Positions 41,159-51,087 of a stretch of DNA of 64,000 nt are shown in pieces. The position numbers were made by a program, and so were the translations under genes. This DNA is from Chamaesiphon sp. (lineage in GTDB: Bacteria > Cyanobacteriota > Cyanobacteriia > Cyanobacteriales > Chamaesiphonaceae): NCBI GenBank assembly GCA_965246715.1, contig CBDFFH010000051.1, forward strand, positions 32,001 to 96,000, written 5' to 3'. Numbering within the stretch: the first letter of the stretch is position 1; every line of letters begins with the position of its first letter. A model generated the notes under the pieces. That model saw only the letters and a program-made list of their open reading frames with translations. It was not told the DNA's origin and searched no databases.

Positions 41159-41644
41159 CTAGAGCGCTCGTTCATCTTCATTGCTGATGAAGTCGGCAAT
41201 TTTGGCTTCGCCAGACATCTGGAGTGCGGCTTTGAGCGTATGCCAGCCAAGGTTGGCGCATTTGATGCGGACGGGAAATTGGGCTACTCCTTGCATCACA
41301 TTAAGTTTGCGCTGTTCTTTGGGAAATTCAGCAGTGCCTTTCATCATCCCTTGAAAAGTTTGGACTAGTTCCAAGGCTTCATCGATCGTTTTACCAACTA
41401 GAGCGCCAGACATCAGATCGACCGAAGCCATGGCAATCGCACAGCCTTCCCCTTCAAATTTGATATCGGCAATCCGCTCGCCGCTAGAGTCTAGTTGCAA
41501 TGTTAGTTCGATCGTGTCGCCACAAGAGGGATTGTGACCTTTTTGATAGCGATCGATCGGATTGGTTTTGCCGCGATGTTGGGGCTTTTTATAATGTTCG
41601 AGGATGACCTGTTGGTACAGATCGCGCAAATTAGTCGTACTCAT
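41159..41644 (-). CDS. sufU: SufU/NifU-family Fe-S cluster assembly protein
   Basis: LYQQVILEHYK, NPSCGD, GEGCAIAMAS, FPVRIKCA. Confidence 0.92.
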   Translation of the reverse strand: MSTTNLRDLYQQVILEHYKKPQHRGKTNPIDRYQKGHNPSCGDTIELTLQLDSSGERIADIKFEGEGCAIAMASVDLMSGALVGKTIDEALELVQTFQGMMKGTAEFPKEQRKLNVMQGVAQFPVRIKCANLGWHTLKAALQMSGEAKIADFISNEDERAL

Positions 41645-41717
41645 AACAATTCTAGACAGACCGCTCGATGACCAGATCTCTATTATCCTCGATCGGTACT
41701 TGACTAGCTAGTCGAAA

Positions 41718-41756
41718 GGGGAGCGCAGCTAGTTTGCTTGTCTAGCTACGCTCCCC
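41718..41756 (-). terminator. Hairpin after the polysaccharide export gene
   Basis: GGGGAGCGCAGCTAG...CTAGCTACGCTCCCC. Confidence 0.6.
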
Positions 41757-41782
41757 AATGTTCGATCCGCTCTTAGTCGCGC

Positions 41783-43648
41783 TTATCTAAATAGTCCACC
41801 ACCCAAAATATTCAGCAGACCATTAAATGGTGAAAGAATCGTGCTGAAACCATCGCCGATCCGGGTCAGATTATTCCGACCGATCACGATCGTGTCGTTA
41901 TTTTGCAGGCGTGGGTTATATTCGTTATCGATGCCTTTCGTAAAGTTGAGCTTGATTAAGCGTTTTGTAACCGTACCATTGGGATTTAGGCGAATAAAGT
42001 CCACCTCATTTTTATTGGCACGCACGTTATTAAAGCCACCAGCAATCAGGATAGCTTGATTGAGCGTTGTATTGGGTGGTACTTCAACTGTGCCTAATGC
42101 ACCTTTCCCAGCCTCACCGATCACATTAACTTTGATACTCACAGGTGAAAAGGTAGAAGATGCGATTAGTTCGACATCTTGGTTGCTACTGTTCTGGGCG
42201 AGCGGGATAAACAGGCGATCGCCTTCTTGGAGGATCATATCTTGGCTGGTATCCCCTTGCTGGAGCAGCTTAAACAGATTCAAGGCAATTTTTTGTTCGC
42301 CACTGCGGGTAGTCCGAATCAATTGAATTTGACGGATATCTGCTGTCGGTTTGATCCCTGCGGCTGCTTGAATTGCATTGGTGACGGTAGGCAGCGCCAG
42401 CGTTCCCGTGAGCTGCGTATTGTTATTAGTGGTGTTGCCCTCAGATCTCAATGTATAGGTACCGGGACGATTTACCTCGCCGACAACAACAACTTTTGGC
42501 GGATTGATTGCCTGTGGCCCCAAGTTGGAGGCAGTTACCAGACTGCTATTAGCTGTATTGATTTCAGTCAACGTGGGCAGCAAAATTGTATCGCCATCTT
42601 GGAGGATGATATCTTGACCGAAATCACCAGATCTTAACAAACTGATTAAATTGATCGGCACGACTTGACCTGGCCCCGTGCGGGTGTTGCGCCGTACTCG
42701 AATCCGCGTTAAATCGGCTGAGGCAGTGCTACCACCAGCGATTTTAATCGCTTCAGTTAGAGTCGGTGGATTGACGCGTCCGCCACCAGTAGCAGAACCA
42801 GTAGCATCCCCTTTGAGGGTATAAGTACCAGGTTTGCCAACCTCACCTAAGATGGCGACTTTGACAGTTGTATCCTGATTGGCTAGGTTAGAACCAGTCA
42901 GTCGCAAGCGATCGGACGTACTGACGTTCTCAGAGCGAGAGATATAAATCGTATCCCCGTCGCGTAAGGTGATGTCTTGAGAGGTGTTACCCCGTTGCAG
43001 GACATCAAACATATTGACCATCGCAATCTTGCCCGTAGCAGCGCGGCGCACCTGAACTTGACGTAAGTTGGCGGTTTGAGTGGTACCACCAGCTAGTTGG
43101 ATTGCTTGACTGATGCTGGGGAACTTCCGGTTATCGCCGGTAAATGGGACTGTATAAGATCCAGCGCGCGTGACTTCGCCAGCGATCGCAAATTGAACGG
43201 GACGAGGTGCCAGCACGCTAATTGTCACGATCGGACGCTTGACATATTTAGAGAAATAAGCCGTCAGCAAGCTGGAGGCTCTTTGAACTGTCATCCCCTG
43301 AATTGGAATCGCACCGATGACCGGAAGATTGATCGCACCATCTCCAAGTACATAAAATTCACCACTGTACTCAGGGACGTTGAAGATATCGACGCGCAAC
43401 CGATCTCCAGCCCCAAGGGTATAGGAGTCAGCAAAACTACTCGGGAGCGGAGCAGCGACCCTATTGACCTTTTTAGGGGCGATTTTGGCTTGAGTCTGCG
43501 GTGTCTTTGCCTTTGCTGGTGCCGCTAAACTACTTACAGGCAGATTGACGATCGTCATTACTGGCACCAAACCGAGGATGAGACCTTTATAGAGGCAAGT
43601 CCGCAAACTAGCAGTATTCATAGAAGATTTATATAGTTGTAATCGCAT
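41783..43648 (-). CDS. Wza/OPX polysaccharide export protein with multiple SLBB domains (true start may be about 43621)
   Basis: YTLGAGDRL...DGAINLPVIG Poly_export domain and repeated GEVxxPGxY...L.DGDTI SLBB units. Confidence 0.92.
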   Translation of the reverse strand: MRLQLYKSSMNTASLRTCLYKGLILGLVPVMTIVNLPVSSLAAPAKAKTPQTQAKIAPKKVNRVAAPLPSSFADSYTLGAGDRLRVDIFNVPEYSGEFYVLGDGAINLPVIGAIPIQGMTVQRASSLLTAYFSKYVKRPIVTISVLAPRPVQFAIAGEVTRAGSYTVPFTGDNRKFPSISQAIQLAGGTTQTANLRQVQVRRAATGKIAMVNMFDVLQRGNTSQDITLRDGDTIYISRSENVSTSDRLRLTGSNLANQDTTVKVAILGEVGKPGTYTLKGDATGSATGGGRVNPPTLTEAIKIAGGSTASADLTRIRVRRNTRTGPGQVVPINLISLLRSGDFGQDIILQDGDTILLPTLTEINTANSSLVTASNLGPQAINPPKVVVVGEVNRPGTYTLRSEGNTTNNNTQLTGTLALPTVTNAIQAAAGIKPTADIRQIQLIRTTRSGEQKIALNLFKLLQQGDTSQDMILQEGDRLFIPLAQNSSNQDVELIASSTFSPVSIKVNVIGEAGKGALGTVEVPPNTTLNQAILIAGGFNNVRANKNEVDFIRLNPNGTVTKRLIKLNFTKGIDNEYNPRLQNNDTIVIGRNNLTRIGDGFSTILSPFNGLLNILGGGLFR

Positions 43649-44053
43649 CGGTGTTTAATAAACTAGTTTAGAGCTTAGAGCCTAGTTTTATCTTCAGTGT
43701 TTTATCGTACATCTCAATCAGTCTAGTGCCGATCGAGTGTACTCGATGAGAGCAGTAAGTAATTTGTGCATGGTAAACTTCACCTCGGACGATCTTGGGT
43801 AAGTTTTGTGTTACGCCAGAATCGTCAACTTAACAGTCACTTGGCTGAGCGTAATTTAATAGATCTGATGTTGCTTGACGACGTTTAGCTGCGATTTGAT
43901 GTTCCTCCGATCGCAATTTATGTTTCATTTACCGACAGTTGGCACTAGCTCCGATATAATTATGCCCAAACTGTAAACTAAAAAGTACTATTTGGAATAG
44001 ATGTCAGTAGGATTTTTAGCGTGTTAAATAGGCGATCGACGATCGGAAGTAAG

Positions 44054-44338
44054 ATGATGTCTCATGTATTAATCATTCATGAAGTGGCCGATTATGCCAT
44101 CTGGAAGGAAGTATTCGATGGAGCGGCAAACATCCGCAAAGCCGCTGGCGAGCGTTCTTACCAGGTGCTCGAATCTGCAGATCGACCCAATAAAATCGTA
44201 CATTTCTCAGTGTGGGCCTCGATCGATGCTGCCAAAACATTTTTTGAATCGCCTGAGTTAGTTAAAATAAGAGCGCAAGCTGGAGTTAAAGCACCAGAGT
44301 TTATTTATCTAAACGAGCTAGAGTCAGGCATATTGTAA
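44054..44338 (+). CDS. ABM/dimeric alpha-beta barrel family small protein
   Basis: HEVADYAIWKEVFD...W...AKTFFESPEL...AGV pattern; start set to the ATG of MMSHVL. Confidence 0.75.
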   Translation: MMSHVLIIHEVADYAIWKEVFDGAANIRKAAGERSYQVLESADRPNKIVHFSVWASIDAAKTFFESPELVKIRAQAGVKAPEFIYLNELESGIL

Positions 44339-44355
44339 AATTTTGGCGTAAATTT

Positions 44356-44731
44356 ATGTCACAATCGATCGACCCACACAAGATTGTCATCTTCTCCGGT
44401 GCGGGAATTAGCGCTGAGAGTGGACTGGCAACCTTTCGGGATAATAATGGCTTGTGGAATCGATATAACATTAACGTGAGTTCGGTTTAAGGATTTTCGC
44501 TTAATGGCTCCTAGCTTTGTTTATGCACCGCCCTCAAATGAATTTGGGGCTAATAGTGAAAGTCCATTGAAATGGACTGATTAAAAACATGCAGTTCTCT
44601 GAAGAGAACTTTTGTTATTAGCCCGAACTTCTAGTTCAGGGCGGTGTTGGAACGCAGCAAATCGAGTTTCCTTATCCCGAACTCACGTTAACATTAGTGA
44701 AGTCGCTACATCAACTGAGTGGGAATCCAAC
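44356..44731 (+). pseudogene. Sirtuin (CobB/Sir2 NAD-dependent deacylase) 5' remnant interrupted by a MITE
   Basis: Hand translation: MSQSIDPHKIVIFSGAGISAESGLATFRDNNGLWNRYNI|SEVATSTEWESN after removing 44474-44696. GAGISAESG..TFR..GLW is the sirtuin signature; the rest of the gene is absent. Confidence 0.85.
44474..44688. mobile_element. 215-bp MITE with IS982-type IRs and 8-bp target duplication
   Basis: ACGTGAGTTCGGTTTAAG...CTTATCCCGAACTCACGT; TAACATTA at 44466-44473 and 44689-44696. Confidence 0.92.
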
Positions 44732-44769
44732 TATGTCACAATAGATTTACTCATCCGATCGAAATCTGC

Positions 44770-46002
44770 ATGCTGCCTAGCGATTTACTCATCTATCGAT
44801 ATAGTGGTGAATCCATCGTCCCCAAACGCATCGACATCGACGCGCATCATCTTCAGATGACGATGGCAAATATCGATTGTTTTCAGTCGATGGTTGGTGG
44901 TACTCAAGGCCAGTTAGACGAGATGCTGTTGGAATTAGAAGGTGATAGTCCCGATTTTCGGATCCTACGTGGGTTCGCCCATTTGCTCAAAAGTCAAACT
45001 TTCAGTCAATTTGAGGTTGTCAGCCCCCTCCCGCCGTCAGACCTCCGCGAGCGCGTTTATGCCCTCGCTGCCTCTGCTAGCCCCAGCGTAGCCCACACTC
45101 AGGCGATATTAGCAACTCTCGCTAGCAATCTCTCGCAAGAATTAAGTCAAGAAATCATTCCCGCCCAGATTACGCAAGGATTGTATGCGGATTTACCGGA
45201 CAACCGGATTTTAACGACATTTACTGCACCCGATCCAGTGGCGCTAATTCACCGCTACAATCTCTCTCAAGTTCAGGGCGTATTTTATCGTGCGAGCCAA
45301 TTAACTATTAATGCCCATCGGAATGTGCCGGGACAATATAAGTTGTTATTTCGGTATTTGAAATTGTTTCAATTGATGACCTATATCGAAGGCGATGCCG
45401 ACCATGGATTTACAATTTTAGTCGATGGGCCGACGAGTTTATTTAAGGCAAGTACGCGATATGGACTAGCGATCGCCAAATTAATTCCAGCGATTTTACA
45501 TGTAACTAAATGGAGCTTGAGCGCCACACTTCAAACTAAAGATTTTTACACGGGTAATATTAAAGTCGGGCGTTATAGTCTGACCGATAAATGTGGGCTA
45601 GAAACGCACTATCCGCCTGGTAAATCCTATGATAGTATGCTCGAAGCTGCTTTTGCCGATCGCTGGGACAAGCTCAAAACCGAATGGGTATTGGAGCGAG
45701 AAGTAAATTTACTACCGATTCCTGGGAGTGTGATGATTCCCGATTTTCGGTTGGTTCATCCTGACGGACGCGATTATATTTTAGAAATTGTCGGTTATTG
45801 GCGACCGGAATATTTACAGAAAAAATTTGCTCAAGTACGTAAATCCGGCTGTCAAAATCTCATTTTAGCCATCTCCGAACGCTTGAATTTAGAAAAGGCT
45901 GGAGTCAAAACATCAGATTTACCCTGCGAGGTAATTTGGTTTAAAGATAAATTACTACCCAAATCGGTATTGGAAATACTCGATCGCGATCTAGCTAAAT
46001 GA
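44770..46002 (+). CDS. DUF790 family protein (Bax1-like predicted nuclease)
   Basis: MLPSDLL start, RYNLSQVQG, DGPTSLF...RYG, and IPDF...EIVGYWRPEYLQKK PD-(D/E)xK-like C-terminus. Confidence 0.88.
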   Translation: MLPSDLLIYRYSGESIVPKRIDIDAHHLQMTMANIDCFQSMVGGTQGQLDEMLLELEGDSPDFRILRGFAHLLKSQTFSQFEVVSPLPPSDLRERVYALAASASPSVAHTQAILATLASNLSQELSQEIIPAQITQGLYADLPDNRILTTFTAPDPVALIHRYNLSQVQGVFYRASQLTINAHRNVPGQYKLLFRYLKLFQLMTYIEGDADHGFTILVDGPTSLFKASTRYGLAIAKLIPAILHVTKWSLSATLQTKDFYTGNIKVGRYSLTDKCGLETHYPPGKSYDSMLEAAFADRWDKLKTEWVLEREVNLLPIPGSVMIPDFRLVHPDGRDYILEIVGYWRPEYLQKKFAQVRKSGCQNLILAISERLNLEKAGVKTSDLPCEVIWFKDKLLPKSVLEILDRDLAK

Positions 46003-46021
46003 ACTAACGAGTAAGTGAGTG

Positions 46022-46378
46022 TTAGTGATTCCACCGCCAGTGAATTTCGTTATTATCTGAAAATATCGGAACTTGAATATTCTGTCGATCTCTTTTTTCA
46101 TCTTGTAACCACCATCGATCGGATTCAATGAAGTTGAGAAACTGTAGCTCGTCGTGTTCTGCATTAAAATCGATCTGCTTTCGATTGTAATCTAATTCTT
46201 CGTCGCATGACGCGATCGAGTAAGTGATGTATTTCAGGATTTTTTGAATTTTAATTGAATATCGATCGTCTATGGTGAGACGATAAGAACCACACACGTC
46301 AAGAAAATCAGAAGACTCTGTAATAACTTCAGCTAATTTAATATCTCCAAAATATAATTGATATATAGGTAACCTCAT
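46022..46378 (-). CDS. AT-rich hypothetical protein
   Basis: 118-aa ATG ORF, visibly AT-rich, no motif recognised. Confidence 0.6.
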   Translation of the reverse strand: MRLPIYQLYFGDIKLAEVITESSDFLDVCGSYRLTIDDRYSIKIQKILKYITYSIASCDEELDYNRKQIDFNAEHDELQFLNFIESDRWWLQDEKRDRQNIQVPIFSDNNEIHWRWNH

Positions 46379-46390
46379 AATAAAAAAATA

Positions 46391-46504
46391 TTACTGTGGG
46401 CGATTGAATAGAAATTCAGTCACCCGATTTTGGTGAGTTTGTAATCCACGGATATCGTCAGACATATCGATGAGTCGGAGATCGACACCGTTAAGACCAG
46501 ACAT
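46391..46504 (-). CDS. Possible 37-aa small ORF or gene remnant
   Basis: MSGLNGVDLRLIDMSDDIRGLQTHQNRVTEFLFNRPQ; fills the cobK-hypothetical gap on the same strand; below the ORF-track cutoff. Confidence 0.35.
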   Translation of the reverse strand: MSGLNGVDLRLIDMSDDIRGLQTHQNRVTEFLFNRPQ

Positions 46505-46541
46505 GTTTTCTTTCAAGCGCGACAATAATATTTTAAACTAA

Positions 46542-47282
46542 CTAAAGTCGTTCGTGTAACCAAGCGACCGCTCGCGAAATATCAGCAGCACGATCGCAGG
46601 CTGGGACGATCGGACGTTGTACCATTATCACGGGTATATTTAACTCCCGCGCGGCAATAATTTTGGCATAAGTGGCATCACCACCGCTATTTTTACTCAC
46701 GATCGCCTGAATTTGATAATCTTGCAATAGTTGCCGCTCGCTCTCCAAACAAAACGGCCCGCGATCGAGTAATAATTTTCCTGGTGGTAACACAATCTCT
46801 GGATCTGGTGGATCGATCGATCGGATCAAACACCACCGATCTGTCAACTGTGCAAATGGCGCGAGTTGCTGTCTGCCAATCGTCACAAATATTCGCTCTA
46901 CAGTCCCTGGAATCGCTGTTACGGCTCGCGCTACGCTATCAACTTCAATCCAGTCATCTGAGGGTAGTCGTTCCCAATCAGGGCGAACGAGCATCAGATG
47001 CGGAACCCCCACCACCACTGCTGCTTGCGCCGCATTCCAAGAGATTCGGGCAGCAAAGGGATGGGTAGCATCGATCGTCAGATCGATCTTCATTGTTTGG
47101 AGGTATTCGGTCAGACCGATCTCACCGCCAAAGCCACCAACTCTCACAGTCCCAGCTACTGCCCCTGGCTTGCTAGTTCTCCCCGCCAATGCGGTAATCG
47201 TTTCTAGCCCAATGATATCCGCTGTGCAAGCGGCGAGCTTCGTGGCATCGCCTGTCCCGCCTAAAATTAACAATCGTTTCAT
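46542..47282 (-). CDS. cobK: Precorrin-6A/cobalt-precorrin-6A reductase
   Basis: LILGGT, GGFGG, IDATHPFA, RGPF, VSKNSGG, KIIAARELNIPVIMVQRP. Confidence 0.95.
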   Translation of the reverse strand: MKRLLILGGTGDATKLAACTADIIGLETITALAGRTSKPGAVAGTVRVGGFGGEIGLTEYLQTMKIDLTIDATHPFAARISWNAAQAAVVVGVPHLMLVRPDWERLPSDDWIEVDSVARAVTAIPGTVERIFVTIGRQQLAPFAQLTDRWCLIRSIDPPDPEIVLPPGKLLLDRGPFCLESERQLLQDYQIQAIVSKNSGGDATYAKIIAARELNIPVIMVQRPIVPACDRAADISRAVAWLHERL

Positions 47283-47460
47283 CGCCCACCGAACGGGATC
47301 GAGCGATCGAGTCCCTGTGTATTTTTTGTTAGCATTATGTAGTTAAATTTTACTTGCAGTAGCTGAATCATTACGATCCCAACAACCAGCACTATTTTGG
47401 TCTGGGGAGATGAGAAATCGATAATAATGAGTAGGTTAACATTTGTTTGGAGAAAATCCC

Positions 47461-47946
47461 ATGACGGCTACTGTATATGATTTTTCGGCTACCAGTATTG
47501 AAGGTCAAACTGTTGAGATGAGTAGTTATCGCGACCAGGTATTATTAATCGTTAACACCGCGAGTCAATGTGGCTTTACATCACAATATCAGGGACTACA
47601 AGCTTTGTATGACAAATATGCCAGCCAGGGATTGGTAGTATTGGGGTTTCCCTGCAATCAATTTGGCGCACAAGAACCAGGCACGACAACGACAATTCAA
47701 TCTTTTTGCCAGCAGCGATTTGGGGTGTCTTTTCCGCTGTTTGAAAAAATCGATGTTAATGGCTCAAATGCTCATCCGCTCTATCAGTTTTTGACCAAAG
47801 CCGCTCCAGGACTGCTCGGGACGGAAGGAATCAAATGGAATTTTACCAAATTTTTGGTAGATGGTAATGGCAAGGTCGTCAAACGATATGCCTCGGCAAC
47901 CGATCCCAAAGATATCGCGAGCGATATCGAAGAACTTTTAAAATAG
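47461..47946 (+). CDS. gpx: Glutathione peroxidase family protein
   Basis: VNTASQCGFT, GFPCNQFG, KWNFTKFL. Confidence 0.95.
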   Translation: MTATVYDFSATSIEGQTVEMSSYRDQVLLIVNTASQCGFTSQYQGLQALYDKYASQGLVVLGFPCNQFGAQEPGTTTTIQSFCQQRFGVSFPLFEKIDVNGSNAHPLYQFLTKAAPGLLGTEGIKWNFTKFLVDGNGKVVKRYASATDPKDIASDIEELLK

Positions 47947-48162
47947 GATACATACAAGGGGCACCCCCACATAATTAAATCTGTAAGGTTGCCCCTGATA
48001 TAAATTGGAACGAGATCTAAATAAAATAATCGATCTCAGATCGAAAATGTGCCGAAGTTGCACGACCTAGCCACAGCGGTTCGCCATCGAATGAGGTACA
48101 TTCACTAGTTACCAGCCACTAAATAATGTCCTTCACTATGATAAAAACAGCTATATCGCTTG

Positions 48163-48492
48163 CTATTTTTTAGTAATACGGTCAACTTTGATTCCTTTGG
48201 CCTCTTGCTTGAGTAAATCTTCTTGAGCTTTTTCTTCTTTATTTTCGGCCTTGATTAAAGCTTTAGGATCTTTGTTTAGCTCTGCAACTTCATCATAGGC
48301 TTGCTCGCGAGTTGCGGCGGGGTTTGTCAATTCAAAAGGTTGAATCACCTCTTCAGCGCCTTTGCCTAGTGTTGGCGCTGCATATCCATACTGAGGGACA
48401 AACGAATTTATTACCAATATTAAAGCCGCGAAACTAACAATCCGTAAGCTGACGATCGATAAGTACTTAATTGCGCTAAATATTTTGCCCAT
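48163..48492 (-). CDS. Small secreted or membrane-anchored hypothetical protein
   Basis: ATG (MGKIFSA) after GGGGAG RBS; hydrophobic N-terminus, charged C-terminus. Confidence 0.7.
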   Translation of the reverse strand: MGKIFSAIKYLSIVSLRIVSFAALILVINSFVPQYGYAAPTLGKGAEEVIQPFELTNPAATREQAYDEVAELNKDPKALIKAENKEEKAQEDLLKQEAKGIKVDRITKK

Positions 48493-48751
48493 GAGCCACT
48501 CCCCTAAATATTGACTAAGTGATATAAAATTAAAAGCTTTAAAAGTTTTAGTTTTCCAAACCTTACTCGTAGCCTTTAGTTTCACACTAGCACTTAGTTT
48601 GGTAGCGAACTTCTATCAAAAGATGGATTTCAATTGACCTTAAGCAGACATCTTCCAGTGCGATCGAGTGGTGGCTTTAATATTCTTTAATAAAAAATTT
48701 GCCAGTAACCGTAATTAGCGTAGGTGGATATCGTAATTTAGACAGCAGCGA

Positions 48752-48797
48752 AAGCGCTCGAGTCGACCACTTTTAATCGTAGTCGGCTCGAGCGCTT
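48752..48797 (-). terminator. Hairpin downstream of hli
   Basis: AAGCGCTCGAGTCGAC...GTCGGCTCGAGCGCTT. Confidence 0.6.
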
Positions 48798-48840
48798 GCC
48801 GTAATTATTGGGGTTTAGATAGCAACAGCGGCTAGCTAGA

Positions 48841-49026
48841 CTACATCAATCCCCAAAAATGTAGAACGCCCTGACCGGAAGCAAACTCAGTGATTAGAGC
48901 CGCAACAAATCCTAACATTGCAAATCGACCGTTCCAGATTTCGGCTTGAGGGGTAAATCCCCATACCCAAGCGTTACGATCTTTGATGGGAGTGGAAGCG
49001 GATGGTACTTTTGTAGATACAGACAT
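48841..49026 (-). CDS. hli: High-light-inducible protein (HLIP/SCP)
   Basis: [19 protein letters not shown] chlorophyll-binding ExxNGRxAM motif; GGAG RBS. Confidence 0.95.
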   Translation of the reverse strand: MSVSTKVPSASTPIKDRNAWVWGFTPQAEIWNGRFAMLGFVAALITEFASGQGVLHFWGLM

Positions 49027-49392
49027 GCTAAATACTCCAAAATTTATGAATATAAGAACTCGATCTATCCTGAATGAGAATAAATTATTCCCGATTGAGA
49101 GTAAGGTTTGATTCAGATGAGATCTGCACCCGGCCTTCACTCATGATTCAGTATTTATCGATACATTATTTGTAAAGCGATCGATAATCTACTTACTACA
49201 TAATCTGAGATTCAAGATTTCAGTTTGGCAACTGTTTGGCAAATCCTTAACCTCATGCATTTAATATAACAGCGCGCATCTATGCAAACTTCTGTCGAAA
49301 GATAGATTTAAATTAACAATTCTTCAAATTAGCTTAATTTTAGTTAACAGCGATGACAATCTTACAACCGATCGAGCTGCATGGCCTAAATA

Positions 49393-49665
49393 ACCTCAGT
49401 TCGGGATCGGGATTTCCGATTAATGACTCCTAGCTTCGTTTCGGAACCACCCCCACACAATAACTCCAAACCCACAAATCGATTCCCATTGCGGAGGTAA
49501 TGCGGAGCGCGTTAGGCTGCAAACTAATTAACCCTTGTGCAGGGGAGTTTGAGGGGCGGCACTCCGCCCTTCAACGGGGGGTCTGGGGGAAGCCTCCCCC
49601 AGATCCGGGTTTTACAACACCAATAACTTAAGATCGAGCACCAGTCCAAGAATGGTCTAAAAGGG
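49393..49665 (+). mobile_element. MITE-family copy, right IR missing
   Basis: ACCTCAGTTCGGG left IR remnant; body nearly identical to 30737-31005. Confidence 0.85.
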
Positions 49666-49996
49666 AATAATGTTGGCTTGAATCTTGGCAGAAAGTGGGA
49701 TTTTGCGGCTCTCCCGATCGATAGATTCTCATCACCCACAGTGATTATTGACATCGAGGTTGAAAATTGCGGCTAAACCATTAGCGTTGATGTGTCGATC
49801 GAGCAGTCAGGCGATTGCAACCAGCTTCGAGCGGAGGACTTCAACTCTGATTACTAAATTTATACATCGCGAACTATATACTTTAGACGTAGAGAAAAAC
49901 AGCAGATGTTCTTCCTTTTAATAGATTACTAACTGTATAGCAATCCCATAGTATCGGTGGTATGCACGATTGTTTAGTAGTAAACCACCGATAATT

Positions 49997-50545
49997 ATGA
50001 CCAACTATAATCGCCCACCAGGAGATCGAGACGAAGAAGTGCGATACGAGCGCGAACGCGCTGCCGAAAATGGCGGTACGGCTAATGGGCTAGCGATTGG
50101 TGGCACTCTAGCTGCCTTACTGGGACTGGGAGCAGCAGCTTTATATTATTGGAGCCGACCCACCCCAACTCCGTCATCGACAACCATCATCAATCCTCCA
50201 GCTAGTTCTGTACCTGCAGCTTCGACAGCACCTCAATCCCCGCAACCAACTAGGATTATCGAGCGGACTGTTGAAAAAGCAGCACCACCGCCAAAGGTAA
50301 TTCAAGTTACCAAACCAGTCATCGTACCTGGTGCTACGAAGACGATCGAAGTTCAAAAGCCGGTCTTGGTTCCCGATCCGACGAAAACGACCGCAGTTCA
50401 ACAGCCTGCCACACCTTCTAGCTCAGCACCATCAGTTGCTCCTAGTCCGAGTGCGACACCTTCGCCTACTGCAAGTCAAAGTCCCGCTCCGAGCGATTCG
50501 CCGTCATCGACTTCCCCCAGCAATGGGACGAATAACTCCAACTAA
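49997..50545 (+). CDS. Pro/Ser/Thr-rich single-TM hypothetical protein
   Basis: One TM helix, then TRIIERT and duplicated IxVxKPVxVP, low-complexity tail. Confidence 0.8.
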   Translation: MTNYNRPPGDRDEEVRYERERAAENGGTANGLAIGGTLAALLGLGAAALYYWSRPTPTPSSTTIINPPASSVPAASTAPQSPQPTRIIERTVEKAAPPPKVIQVTKPVIVPGATKTIEVQKPVLVPDPTKTTAVQQPATPSSSAPSVAPSPSATPSPTASQSPAPSDSPSSTSPSNGTNNSN

Positions 50546-50673
50546 GTCTAATTTGTCGGGTGCATTTACCATTTTCCGCGTTCGCCGACTACTTCCACGG
50601 TGAGAATAATCGATCGAACTAGATAAAACAGCATGCAGTTACCATTCCTCTACTATATTTATAGGAGTTGCCT

Positions 50674-50925
50674 ATGCCTGGACAAATGTGTTGGCTAAAT
50701 AAGTTCGGTTCCGAGCACAAAGTTTTGCACCTCCGCTTGCAAGCACATCATCCCTGGAAACTTTACAATCTGATGCCAGGAGTGGCGGTGCCTGATTACA
50801 ATGTTCCTGGCGGTTCCAAGGGCATGGCTACTTTTCACGCACTCAACAAAGCCGGTTGGCAGATCGTCGCCACTCAAGATGCCTACAGATCGACAATTGA
50901 TAACTCCGAACAGGAAGCCGCTTGA
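50674..50925 (+). CDS. Conserved-looking small hypothetical protein
   Basis: AGGAG RBS; VPDYNVPGGSKG.AT...L...GW segment. Confidence 0.7.
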   Translation: MPGQMCWLNKFGSEHKVLHLRLQAHHPWKLYNLMPGVAVPDYNVPGGSKGMATFHALNKAGWQIVATQDAYRSTIDNSEQEAA

Positions 50926-51087
50926 TTACCAATCGGAATCTAGCAACATTGGATTGAGGCTGCGATTGCACAACGGCTCCGCCCAAGATTTACCCGAATA
51001 ACCCAGAAAACGATCGCGCTTTTAGCTGCTTTACAGATCGATAGTTGGCTGCGGGGTCAACTTTTCTAGCTAGAATACTCTATTTTT

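Noticed and set aside
44021..46378. Sir2 plus nuclease as an anti-phage defence system
   Set aside because: The Sir2 piece is CobB-like, only about 52 codons long and interrupted; DUF790 is more typically repair-associated; no intact operon.
49151..49164. NtcA box GTA-N8-TAC upstream of hli
   Set aside because: It matches the minimal pattern, but no convincing -10 was seen at canonical spacing; likely chance in AT-rich DNA.
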